From assembly GCA_934130045.1 (NCBI GenBank), contig CAKOXI010000003.1:11103-75102 (forward strand): 64,000 bases of DNA, in the 5' to 3' direction. Shown here piece after piece: positions 30,009 to 38,565 of this stretch; the first letter of the stretch is position 1, and each line of letters starts with the position of its first letter. The stretch comes from an uncultured Bacilli bacterium (lineage in GTDB: Bacteria > Bacillota_I > Bacilli_A > RF39 > UBA660). The position numbers and the translations under genes were made by a program. The notes under the pieces were generated by a model, which saw nothing but the letters and a program-made list of their open reading frames with translations, did not search any database and was not told the DNA's origin.

Positions 30009-31088
30009 ATGAAAGTAATAATTAGTGCTGGTGGCACTGGTGGACATATATATCCCGCACTAGCAATTATAAAATGTATTAAAAAAATGGAACCAGATAG
30101 TTCGGTATTATATATAGGAACACATAATAGAATGGAAAAAGATATAGTTCCAGCTAATAATATTCCTTTTAAAAGTATTGAAATATATGGATTTAGTAAA
30201 AATTTATTAAAGGATATTAAAACAGTAAAATGTTTTTTTAGTAGTTTAAATAAATGTAAGGATATCATAAAAAAATTTAACCCAGACATAGTTATAGGTG
30301 TAGGGGGATATGTAACTGGTCCTGTTGTATATGCCGCCCAAAAATTAGGCTATAAAACTTTTATTCATGAACAAAATAGTATTCCTGGTAAAAGTAATAA
30401 ATTTTTAAGTCGTAATTGTAATAAAATAGGTGTTTCTTTTAAATCAACAGTAGATTTATTTCCACCAGGTAAAGCAATATTTACAGGAAATCCTTGCGGT
30501 GAAAATGCTATAAATAGTCCTATAGCTTCAAAAAGTGATTTTAATCTTACAGATGGTAAAAAATTAGTTTATATTGTTATGGGTTCACTAGGTAGTGAAA
30601 AAATGACTGAATTTCTAATAAAAACAATATATATGTTTAAAAATAAAAATTATGAAGTTTTATTTGTTACTGGTAAAAATTCGTATGAACTTGTAAAAAA
30701 TAATGAATTTCCTTCTAATGTAAAAGTAGTTCCATATATAGATAATCAAGCACGTATTATGAAAAGAGCTGATTTAGTTGTAACAAGATGTGGCGCATCT
30801 ACATTAAGCGAAATTATTGGATTAGAAAAACCATCAATTTTAATTCCAAGCCCATATGTAGCGAATAATCATCAATATAAAAATGCTTTAGACTTAATAA
30901 ATAGAAATGCAGCAGTATTGTTGGAAGAAAAGGATTTAGAGGGCGATATTCTAGTTAGAAAGATAGAAGAATTAATTAATGATAATTCTAAATTAGAAGA
31001 AATGAGAAAAAATTTAAAGGAATTATATATACCAAATAGTTCACAAAAAATTTATAATATATTAAGGAATATTATAGATGAAAAATAA
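30009..31088 (+). CDS. murG: UDP-N-acetylglucosamine--N-acetylmuramyl-(pentapeptide) pyrophosphoryl-undecaprenol GlcNAc transferase
   Basis: KVIISAGGTGGHIYPALAI, IHEQNSIPG and RCGASTLSEI are present. Confidence 0.93.
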   Translation: MKVIISAGGTGGHIYPALAIIKCIKKMEPDSSVLYIGTHNRMEKDIVPANNIPFKSIEIYGFSKNLLKDIKTVKCFFSSLNKCKDIIKKFNPDIVIGVGGYVTGPVVYAAQKLGYKTFIHEQNSIPGKSNKFLSRNCNKIGVSFKSTVDLFPPGKAIFTGNPCGENAINSPIASKSDFNLTDGKKLVYIVMGSLGSEKMTEFLIKTIYMFKNKNYEVLFVTGKNSYELVKNNEFPSNVKVVPYIDNQARIMKRADLVVTRCGASTLSEIIGLEKPSILIPSPYVANNHQYKNALDLINRNAAVLLEEKDLEGDILVRKIEELINDNSKLEEMRKNLKELYIPNSSQKIYNILRNIIDEK

Positions 31089-31983
31089 TATTATAAAAAA
31101 ATTAGAAAAAATTTCATGTGGAGAAGTAATAATCGATTCATCATTAAAAAAATATAATACATATAAAGTTGATTCTAATGTGTTAGCGCTAGTTTTACCA
31201 CGTAATATAGATGAGCTAAAAAAGATAATAAAATTTTGTAAAGATGAAAATATAGACTATAAAATAATTGGTAATGGTTCTAATTTAATTTATTGTAAAA
31301 AGTATTATGAAAAAATTTTTATAAATTTGTGTAACTTAAATAAGTTTAGTATTGATGATAATATTGTTATAGCAGAATCAGGAGTAAGTTTGCAAAAATT
31401 AGCTTTAAAAGTATCAAAATTAGGTTTATCAGGTTTGGAATTTGCGACTGGAATACCAGCTACTATTGGTGGTGCAATTTATATGAATGCTGGAGCTTAT
31501 AATAGTGATATGAGTTTTGCAGTTGAAAAAGTTAAATTATTAAATGAAAATGCGGAAATAATTGAATTGCAAAATAAAGAACTTAATTTTTCATATAGAC
31601 ATTCATTATTACAAGAAAGACAAGATTTAATTTGTATAGAAGTAACTTTTAAATTAAATTATGATGACTTGGAAAAAATAAATAAAATAATAAATGATAG
31701 AAAAGAAAGAAGAAAAATTACACAACCATTAGAATATCCAAGTGCTGGAAGTGTATTTAGAAATCCTAGTAGGGAAATATTTGCGGGAAAATTAATAGAA
31801 GATTTAAATTTAAAAGGAACAAAGATTGGTGATGCTAAAATTAGTGAAAAACATGCTAATTTTATAATAAATGATGGTAATGCAAATGGAGAAGATATAA
31901 AAAATCTTATATTATATACTAAAGAAGAAGTAAAAAATAAATATAATATAGATTTGAAAATTGAACAAGAATTTGTTGAATAA
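31078..31983 (+). CDS. murB: UDP-N-acetylenolpyruvoylglucosamine reductase
   Basis: An FAD-binding domain (IIGNGSNLI), GIPATIGGAIYMNAGAYG-like sequence, YPSAGSVFRNP and KHANFIIN are present. Confidence 0.93.
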   Translation: MKNNIIKKLEKISCGEVIIDSSLKKYNTYKVDSNVLALVLPRNIDELKKIIKFCKDENIDYKIIGNGSNLIYCKKYYEKIFINLCNLNKFSIDDNIVIAESGVSLQKLALKVSKLGLSGLEFATGIPATIGGAIYMNAGAYNSDMSFAVEKVKLLNENAEIIELQNKELNFSYRHSLLQERQDLICIEVTFKLNYDDLEKINKIINDRKERRKITQPLEYPSAGSVFRNPSREIFAGKLIEDLNLKGTKIGDAKISEKHANFIINDGNANGEDIKNLILYTKEEVKNKYNIDLKIEQEFVE

Positions 31984-32050
31984 ACAAATTTTTTTATTGA
32001 TAAAAATATAAAAAAATGGTAATCTGATATATAGAATAGGGGATGACAAT

Positions 32051-33250
32051 ATGGAAATTATAAATAGAAGAATAAGCTTTAAATTGTTATTAGTGTTTGT
32101 AATATTAATTTTAATAATAATTTTTGGATTTATTAAAATAACTAACAATGTAAAATTAGATAATGCAGAACATTCCATTTATAAAGAAATTGAAGCTGCG
32201 AATAATTATGTAAAAAAGTTTAAGGAAAAAAATAATGAAAAATTACCTGATAATGGATTAGTTTTAATATGCAAAGATATGAAATGTAGCTTAGATGATT
32301 TAGGATATTTAGAAAAATATAATTTAGAAAATTTAAATGAATTTGATTATGATGGAGAAAAAATATTAAACGGAATGATTAAAATAACAAATGATGGTAA
32401 TATACAATTTATTAATAGTACAATAGATAATTATAGTTGTTATTATACTAATGTTGATGAAAAGGTAATTTGTATTAAACTTAAAGATGTTTCTGTTTTA
32501 GAAAACAAGGAATATTTATCAGGAGATTCAATAAAAAACTTTGGAGGATATAATTGGCATGTAATAGGTGATGATGGAACAAATTTAACATTATTAATGG
32601 ATGGAGAACAAATTGAGGACATGCAACATTATTATAATGATTGTGTATATGATGATTATAATGATGATGAACAATCAACCGATAAAAATAACAGTTATGA
32701 TGAATGCCTATCTGATAAAAATAAATATATATATAGTTGGAATAATTCAATAATAAATAATTATCTAAAAAACACACTATATCCAGAACTAAGAAGCAAG
32801 ATTGCAAATGAAATTTTACCTGTAAATGTTTGTGTTGATCCATCAAATTCAGATGGAATAATAACATATGGAGGATATTTAAAGTCAGAAATAGATAATA
32901 TTGAAGGAGCAAGCTGTAATAATGAATATGAAACCGATTATGTAAGATTAATAACTGTATCAGAATATTTTAATTTAAGTCCAAGATATCATGGAAAAAA
33001 TTCTAAATATCCAAATTCGTTAGGAATAACAAAATTATCGTCAAATAGCAATTATACAGATTGGTTGTATTGTAATTCTAGTATATGTGGTAGGTATGAT
33101 GGAAAATGGTGGACAATGTCTTCATATTTCTATAATTCTTCTTCTACATATGTTAAAGATTCTCGCTACATTTCTTTTGATGGAACTTTATATAATCATC
33201 GTGGTGAAAACTTATATGGTGTCCGTCCAGTAATAACAATAAAAAAATAA
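32051..33250 (+). CDS. Membrane-anchored extracellular protein of unknown function (C-terminus resembles DUF6273-type domains)
   Basis: A short N-terminus and one TM segment (LLLVFVILILIIIFGFI) precede an extracellular region of about 350 aa that ends ...LYGVRPVITIKK. Confidence 0.5.
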   Translation: MEIINRRISFKLLLVFVILILIIIFGFIKITNNVKLDNAEHSIYKEIEAANNYVKKFKEKNNEKLPDNGLVLICKDMKCSLDDLGYLEKYNLENLNEFDYDGEKILNGMIKITNDGNIQFINSTIDNYSCYYTNVDEKVICIKLKDVSVLENKEYLSGDSIKNFGGYNWHVIGDDGTNLTLLMDGEQIEDMQHYYNDCVYDDYNDDEQSTDKNNSYDECLSDKNKYIYSWNNSIINNYLKNTLYPELRSKIANEILPVNVCVDPSNSDGIITYGGYLKSEIDNIEGASCNNEYETDYVRLITVSEYFNLSPRYHGKNSKYPNSLGITKLSSNSNYTDWLYCNSSICGRYDGKWWTMSSYFYNSSSTYVKDSRYISFDGTLYNHRGENLYGVRPVITIKK

Positions 33251-33257
33251 TTTTTTA

Positions 33258-33287
33258 AAGTTCATTAATTTGAACTTTTCTTTTTTT
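33258..33287 (+). terminator. Rho-independent terminator
   Basis: AAAGTTCA-TTAAT-TGAACTTT is followed by TCTTTTTTT. Confidence 0.65.
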
Positions 33288-33290
33288 CTA

Positions 33291-33320
33291 TTGACTGATA
33301 AACTAAAAAAGTGTTAAACT
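33291..33320 (+). promoter_or_regulatory. Sigma-A promoter of the metal transporter/Fur-family operon
   Basis: TTGACT (33291-33296), an 18-nt spacer, then TAAACT (33315-33320). Confidence 0.5.
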
Positions 33321-33341
33321 AAATGCAACTTATTTGCATTT
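33321..33341. promoter_or_regulatory. 21-bp 10-1-10 palindrome, a candidate Fur-family (Zur/Mur-like) operator
   Basis: AAATGCAACT-T-ATTTGCATTT matches in 9 of 10 arm positions. It abuts the -10 hexamer and lies upstream of the RBS. Confidence 0.55.
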
Positions 33342-33352
33342 ATGGAGGTTAT

Positions 33353-34189
33353 ATGATAGAAATAATTTTAGATACTTTATTAGATACATTAAAATTGATT
33401 CCTTTTTTGTTCATTACTTTTATTATAATTGAGTATATTGAGCATAAATTAAAAAATCAATCTATAATAAAAAATTCAGGAAAATATGGACCATTTATAG
33501 GTGGTATTTTAGGTGTAGTACCACAATGTGGATTTAGTGCTTCTGCAACAAATTTATATATTACAAGAATAATAACTCTTGGAACTCTTATTTCCGTTTA
33601 TTTATCAACTAGTGATGAGATGTTACCAATAATGTTAGCTAAACAGGTTGATAATATAGTGATTATAAAAATTCTTTTTCTAAAAGTTGTTATAGGAATA
33701 ATTATGGGATTTTTAATTGATTTAATTTTTAGAAAAGATAAAAAAAATGTTGAAATAAAAGATTTATGTGAACATGATCATTGTCATTGTGATGAGGGAA
33801 TAATAGTGCCTTCTATAAAACACACATTAAATATTACTTTATTTATTTTAGTTATAACTTTTATATTAAATTTAGGTTTTAGTTATTTAGGTGAAGATTT
33901 AATTGCTAAGATATTTTTAAAAAATAATATATTTAGTTCATTTATTTCAAGTTTAGTAGGACTTATTCCTAACTGTGGTGCTAGCATTATGATTACTGAA
34001 CTTTATTTAAGTGGTTCAATTACATTTGGATCAGCTATGTCAGGACTTTTAACTGGAAGTGGTATTGGAATTTTAATTTTGTTTAAAAATAATAAAAATT
34101 TAAAAGAAAATATGTTTATATTACTTCTTATATATTTTATAGGCGTATTTAGTGGCATAATAATAGATTTGGTAGGACTTGTTATTTAA
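33353..34189 (+). CDS. Putative metal (Mn/heavy-metal) transporter, ArsP_2-like 10-TM family
   Basis: The paired motifs GVVPQCGFSASATNLY and GLIPNCGASIMITELY flank a Cys/His-rich loop, CEHDHCHCDEG. The ATG at 33353 follows GGAGG. Confidence 0.6.
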   Translation: MIEIILDTLLDTLKLIPFLFITFIIIEYIEHKLKNQSIIKNSGKYGPFIGGILGVVPQCGFSASATNLYITRIITLGTLISVYLSTSDEMLPIMLAKQVDNIVIIKILFLKVVIGIIMGFLIDLIFRKDKKNVEIKDLCEHDHCHCDEGIIVPSIKHTLNITLFILVITFILNLGFSYLGEDLIAKIFLKNNIFSSFISSLVGLIPNCGASIMITELYLSGSITFGSAMSGLLTGSGIGILILFKNNKNLKENMFILLLIYFIGVFSGIIIDLVGLVI

Positions 34190-34566
34190 TGAGTTTAGAA
34201 ATTTTATTAAAGAATCATAATTTAAAAATAACTAATTCAAGATTAAAAGTTTTAAACTTAATTAATAGTTTAGATATAAATGCTACTAAAAAAAATATTA
34301 TTTTAAAATCTAATATAGATAAATCTACTGTATATAGAATTTTAGAAGTTTTTTTGAAAGAAAATGTAATAGAGAAAAATTTGAATTATAATAACGATAT
34401 TTATTATTCTATAATGGAAGAACATGCACATTATATAAAATGTATTAAATGTCATAAAAGAGAAAAGATTGATATATGTCCAATACCTAATTTAGGGAAA
34501 ACTGGGTTTAAAATAATAAGTCATAAAATAGAAATAGATGGTATTTGCGCTAATTGTTCTAAATAA
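34189..34566 (+). CDS. Fur-family metal-responsive transcriptional regulator
   Basis: 125 aa with KITNSRLKVLNLI...STVYRILEVFLKENVI as the winged helix and CIKCHK...CANC as the structural Zn site. Its start overlaps the transporter stop. Confidence 0.7.
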   Translation: MSLEILLKNHNLKITNSRLKVLNLINSLDINATKKNIILKSNIDKSTVYRILEVFLKENVIEKNLNYNNDIYYSIMEEHAHYIKCIKCHKREKIDICPIPNLGKTGFKIISHKIEIDGICANCSK

Positions 34567-34583
34567 ATTTAAGGAGTGATGTT

Positions 34584-35039
34584 ATGAATAAATACATAAT
34601 TGCCGAATTAATACCAACAACTAGTAAAAAAGAAACAGGAGATATTATACAATTATCAGCACTTAAAATTGATGATTTAAATTTAATTGATAGATTTGAT
34701 TATAGATTAAATGAGGATAAAGTATATTTTAAAAAATTATTAGAACTTATTGATTATGATAAAGAATCGTTTGTTTATAAAGATACTACTGATGAAATAT
34801 TAAATGATTTTAAGAAATGGTGTGAAAATTATAAAATATTAATTATAGATAATGAATATACCAAAAGTTATTTAAAAGAATTTGAAAATAAAGAATCGGT
34901 TTTTGAATATCTAAATATGGAATATAATGACAATATTATTGATGAAATAATTGAAAAATATAATTTAGAAAATAGTAATTATATTGTTGATTTACTTTAT
35001 GAGGCTCTAATTTATGAAAGTAATTTGACAAATAAATAA
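34584..35039 (+). CDS. Hypothetical protein, possibly a degenerate DEDD (DnaQ-like) exonuclease fold
   Basis: IIAELIPTT..GDIIQLSALKID and ILNDFKKWCENYKILIIDNEYTKSYL mimic Exo I/II block spacing, but the acidic and His residues are replaced. The assignment is weak. Confidence 0.3.
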   Translation: MNKYIIAELIPTTSKKETGDIIQLSALKIDDLNLIDRFDYRLNEDKVYFKKLLELIDYDKESFVYKDTTDEILNDFKKWCENYKILIIDNEYTKSYLKEFENKESVFEYLNMEYNDNIIDEIIEKYNLENSNYIVDLLYEALIYESNLTNK

Positions 35040-35070
35040 TTTATGTTAGAATACTACAACAGGTGGTTAA

Positions 35071-35799
35071 ATGGAAACTATTAATTTATCTTCTATTAAT
35101 ATGAATTTTTTAGAAAGTTTTATGGGTAGTTTTTCTACAATTCAAAAGTGTGAATATAATGGAAAATTTTATATGTATAAAAAATTTGATAATATTAATT
35201 TTTTTAAGAAGAATATGAAAAAGTTTCAGAAACTTAATGAAATTGATAATGACTATCTGGTAATGCCAGAATATTTTGTATTTGATGATTATGAACAAGA
35301 ATGTAATGCTTATTTAACTAAATTTATAAATTATCAAAAAAGTTCTGTAATAAAAACACTAGATGATAAAATAGTAAGATTAAATGCTATAAAAAATAAT
35401 ATAAATAAAATGCACGATTTAGGAATTATTCATGGTGATTTGCATTTTGGTAATATTTTATTAGATGAAAATTCTTATCAAAATAAAATTATAGATTTTG
35501 ATAATTGTTCTTATGAAAACTATAAGATTAATAAAAATTATGTATTAGATTATACTAATTTGTATATGAGTAAATATGGTGTTAATAAAGGTTTAGATAT
35601 ATTTTTATTTAATTTAATAACGTATTCAGTTTTAAATAATTCACCATATTTTCAAACTAGATTAAGAATAAATGATAAAATGTATGGAATTTTTAATAAT
35701 GTTGCTGGTAGGAGAGTATGTGATAATTTATTACTTGAAAACAAATTTTTTAGTAATGATTATTTAATTGATACATGCATAAATCTAGTAAAAAAATAA
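35071..35799 (+). CDS. Protein-kinase-like (PKL) fold protein, atypical
   Basis: LGIIHGDLHFGNILL is a DxHxxN catalytic loop and KIIDFDNC is a DFD metal-binding motif. Confidence 0.65.
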   Translation: METINLSSINMNFLESFMGSFSTIQKCEYNGKFYMYKKFDNINFFKKNMKKFQKLNEIDNDYLVMPEYFVFDDYEQECNAYLTKFINYQKSSVIKTLDDKIVRLNAIKNNINKMHDLGIIHGDLHFGNILLDENSYQNKIIDFDNCSYENYKINKNYVLDYTNLYMSKYGVNKGLDIFLFNLITYSVLNNSPYFQTRLRINDKMYGIFNNVAGRRVCDNLLLENKFFSNDYLIDTCINLVKK

Positions 35800-35816
35800 T
35801 ATTTGAGGGATTTTAT

Positions 35817-36719
35817 ATGAATATAATGAATATGTCAAAATATGATTTAAAGAAAATTAAAAAATTTTCTTTAGCTAGCGGGTTAATAAATACTGAGGCT
35901 GAGTTATTTATTTTAAAGGAAAAAAATGATTGGAATATAGAATATAAGATGTTAAAGGTATTTTATAATAATTCTGGTTCAAATTTTAGTAATAAATTAT
36001 TTACAATAAATGAACTTATTGATAAAAAAGAAATTATTAACATGAATGAGTTAGTAATACCAGAAAAAATTCTTATTATAAATGATGAAGTTAAGGGGTT
36101 TTCAATGTCATATATAAAAAGTGTTAGTTTTGAAACCGTACTTAATGACTTTAAAATAGATAATTTAAAGAAAATAAAATATTTTAAGCAAATATCAAAT
36201 ATTTTAAAAAAAATGGATCAATTAAGAAAAAATAGTGAGTTATCTGATTTTTATCTTAATGATATACATGAGAATAATTTTATAGTAAATAATGAAACCG
36301 ATAAAATTAATGTTGTTGATTTAGATAGTTGTAAAATAGGTGGTAATAAACCATTTGCGGCTAAATATTTAACAATGTATGCGCCAATTTCTAATATGAA
36401 TTCAAAATATAAATTAAATAATGATATAAATTTTTCAAGTTATGTTATTCCAGATAAAAATACCGATTTATATTGTTATACGATGATGATTATAAATTTT
36501 CTTTTTAAAGGAAAAGCGAATTTGATGAATAGGGATAAATATTATTTATATTTAGATTATTTGAGAAGTATTGGTTATTCTTATAACTTACTTGATAAAT
36601 TTTATAAAATTTATGAATATGTAGATAATGAATTAATTGACGAAGAATTAAATGAATTAAATAATGATATGGTTTATAAATCACACCATAAAATATTTGA
36701 AATGAAAATAAAAAAATAG
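35817..36719 (+). CDS. Protein-kinase-like (PKL) fold protein, atypical, second copy
   Basis: YLNDIHENNFIV has the DxHxxN pattern and INVVDLDSC is a DLD motif. The ATG at 35817 follows GAGGGA. Confidence 0.6.
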   Translation: MNIMNMSKYDLKKIKKFSLASGLINTEAELFILKEKNDWNIEYKMLKVFYNNSGSNFSNKLFTINELIDKKEIINMNELVIPEKILIINDEVKGFSMSYIKSVSFETVLNDFKIDNLKKIKYFKQISNILKKMDQLRKNSELSDFYLNDIHENNFIVNNETDKINVVDLDSCKIGGNKPFAAKYLTMYAPISNMNSKYKLNNDINFSSYVIPDKNTDLYCYTMMIINFLFKGKANLMNRDKYYLYLDYLRSIGYSYNLLDKFYKIYEYVDNELIDEELNELNNDMVYKSHHKIFEMKIKK

Positions 36720-36741
36720 TAAAACATAAATGAAAAAAATC

Positions 36742-36770
36742 TTGACAAATTTTATATTTTAATTTAAAAT
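36742..36770 (+). promoter_or_regulatory. Sigma-A promoter of the Nudix-WH regulator gene
   Basis: TTGACA (36742-36747), a 17-nt spacer, then TAAAAT (36765-36770). Confidence 0.55.
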
Positions 36771-36806
36771 CAAAAACGTGTCGTAAAAACACAAAGGAAG
36801 TGCAAA

Positions 36807-37487
36807 ATGAATTTAGATAAGGAATATAATAATATATTAGAAACTCTTGTTAGCATTTTTACTGTTAATGATGGTGATGTTAAGGTATTATTAATGAGAA
36901 AAAAAACAGAACCATATAAAGGATACTGGGTTTTACCTGGCGACTATGTTAAAAATAATGAAACGCTTGAAGATAATATTGTAGATACAATTTATAAAAA
37001 ACTAGGTATATCTTCAATATATTTAGAACAAGCAAACTCATATAGCTCGCTTGAAAGAAATCCAGAGGGTAGAGTAGTTGCGTTTAATTTTTTAGCTCTT
37101 GTTGATTCTGTTAGTATTAAGTTAAAAAGAGTTGAAAGAGAAGATTATGAAACAAATTGGTTTAGTATTGATTCTATACCTAAGATGGGTTATGATCATG
37201 AAATTATATTGGATAAGGCTATTGAATTATTAAAAAATAAATTAAGTGATTTTAATGCATTAAAGTATTTATTTCCAAGCGATTTTACTTTACCAGAATT
37301 ACAGGGTGCTTATGAACAATTAATGAAAGTCAAAATTGATAGAAGAAATTTTAGAAAAAAAATATTAAATTCATCTCTTATAGAACCAACTGGAGATAAA
37401 AACGATGGTTTTATGGGAAGACCCGCAAATTTATATAGATTTAAGACTGTTAATTTAGAAAATAGTTTAATTGAACAAACTGCATAA
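36807..37487 (+). CDS. NrtR-like regulator: degenerate Nudix domain fused to a C-terminal winged-helix domain
   Basis: The Nudix-box region is LPGDYVKNNETLEDNIVDTIYKKLGI, with the RE..EE catalytic residues replaced by DT..KK. The C-terminal LPELQGAYEQLMKVKIDRRNFRKKIL matches the NrtR-type WH. Confidence 0.65.
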   Translation: MNLDKEYNNILETLVSIFTVNDGDVKVLLMRKKTEPYKGYWVLPGDYVKNNETLEDNIVDTIYKKLGISSIYLEQANSYSSLERNPEGRVVAFNFLALVDSVSIKLKRVEREDYETNWFSIDSIPKMGYDHEIILDKAIELLKNKLSDFNALKYLFPSDFTLPELQGAYEQLMKVKIDRRNFRKKILNSSLIEPTGDKNDGFMGRPANLYRFKTVNLENSLIEQTA

Positions 37488-37493
37488 AAGTTA

Positions 37494-37522
37494 TTGACAA
37501 ACATATAATTTAAGTGATATAT
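37494..37522 (+). promoter_or_regulatory. Sigma-A promoter of the str operon
   Basis: TTGACA (37494-37499), a 17-nt spacer, then ATATAT/TATATT. The leader of about 90 nt contains hairpins AAAGGTTTAC/GTAAATCTTT and AAACAC/GTGTTT. Confidence 0.55.
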
Positions 37523-37615
37523 TATTTGTGCATTCATTAAAGGTTTACTATTGTAAATCTTTATTTAAAAGGGATTTTGAAACACCTGGATGTGTTTAAT
37601 GAAAGGAGGGTAATT

Positions 37616-38035
37616 ATGCCTACTATTAATCAAATAATTAGAAAAGGAAGAACTGATAAGAAGAGAAAGACTAAAGCTCCAGCTTTAAATGTTGGATATG
37701 ATAGTCGTAAGAAAAAACAAACTGATACAACTTCTCCTCAAAAACGTGGAGTATGTACTCGTGTTGGAACAATGACACCAAAGAAACCAAACTCAGCGCT
37801 TCGTAAATATGCTCGTGTTAGATTATCTAATGGTATGGAAGTAACTGCTTATATACCTGGAGAAGGACACAATTTACAAGAGCATAGTGTTGTTTTAATT
37901 CGTGGTGGACGTGTTAAAGACTTAATCGGTGTTCGTTATCATATTGTACGTGGTACTATGGATACTGCAGGAGTTGATAAAAGACGTCAAGGTCGTTCTA
38001 AATACGGAACAAAAAAACCAAAAGATAAAAAATAA
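37616..38035 (+). CDS. rpsL: 30S ribosomal protein S12
   Basis: [12 protein letters not shown]...[31 protein letters not shown] is present. The ATG at 37616 follows AGGAGGG; the track ORF is over-extended to 37577. Confidence 0.97.
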   Translation: MPTINQIIRKGRTDKKRKTKAPALNVGYDSRKKKQTDTTSPQKRGVCTRVGTMTPKKPNSALRKYARVRLSNGMEVTAYIPGEGHNLQEHSVVLIRGGRVKDLIGVRYHIVRGTMDTAGVDKRRQGRSKYGTKKPKDKK

Positions 38036-38070
38036 TAGTTAAAGTATAATAATGGAAGGAGGATTTATTT

Positions 38071-38538
38071 ATGCGTAAAAGACGTGCTGTTAAAAGAGAT
38101 GTTTTACCAGATCCAATATATAATTCAAAATTAGTTACTAAATTAATTAATACAATTATGATTGATGGTAAAAAAGGAATTGCTCAAAAAATTCTTTATG
38201 AAGCATTTGATTTAGTTAAAGAAAAAACAAATCAAGATCCAAATGAAGTTTTTGAAAAAGCAATGGAAAATATTAAACCAGCTCTAGAAGTTAAATCTCG
38301 TCGTGTAGGTGGAGCAAACTATCAAGTTCCAGTTGAAGTAAGACCTGATCGTGCTCGTGCTTTAGCACTTCGTTGGTTAGTTCAATACGCTAAGAGTAGA
38401 GGTGGACATTCAATGGCTGAAAATTTAGCTAACGAAATCATTGATGCTTCAAATGGTGTAGGAGCTGCTGTTAAGAAACGTGAAGATACACATAGAATGG
38501 CAGAAGCTAATAAAGCTTTCGCTCATTATCGTTGGTAA
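38071..38538 (+). CDS. rpsG: 30S ribosomal protein S7
   Basis: [26 protein letters not shown]...[17 protein letters not shown]-like C-terminus. Confidence 0.97.
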   Translation: MRKRRAVKRDVLPDPIYNSKLVTKLINTIMIDGKKGIAQKILYEAFDLVKEKTNQDPNEVFEKAMENIKPALEVKSRRVGGANYQVPVEVRPDRARALALRWLVQYAKSRGGHSMAENLANEIIDASNGVGAAVKKREDTHRMAEANKAFAHYRW

Positions 38539-38565
38539 TAATATAAAATTTGAAAGGAAAAAAAT

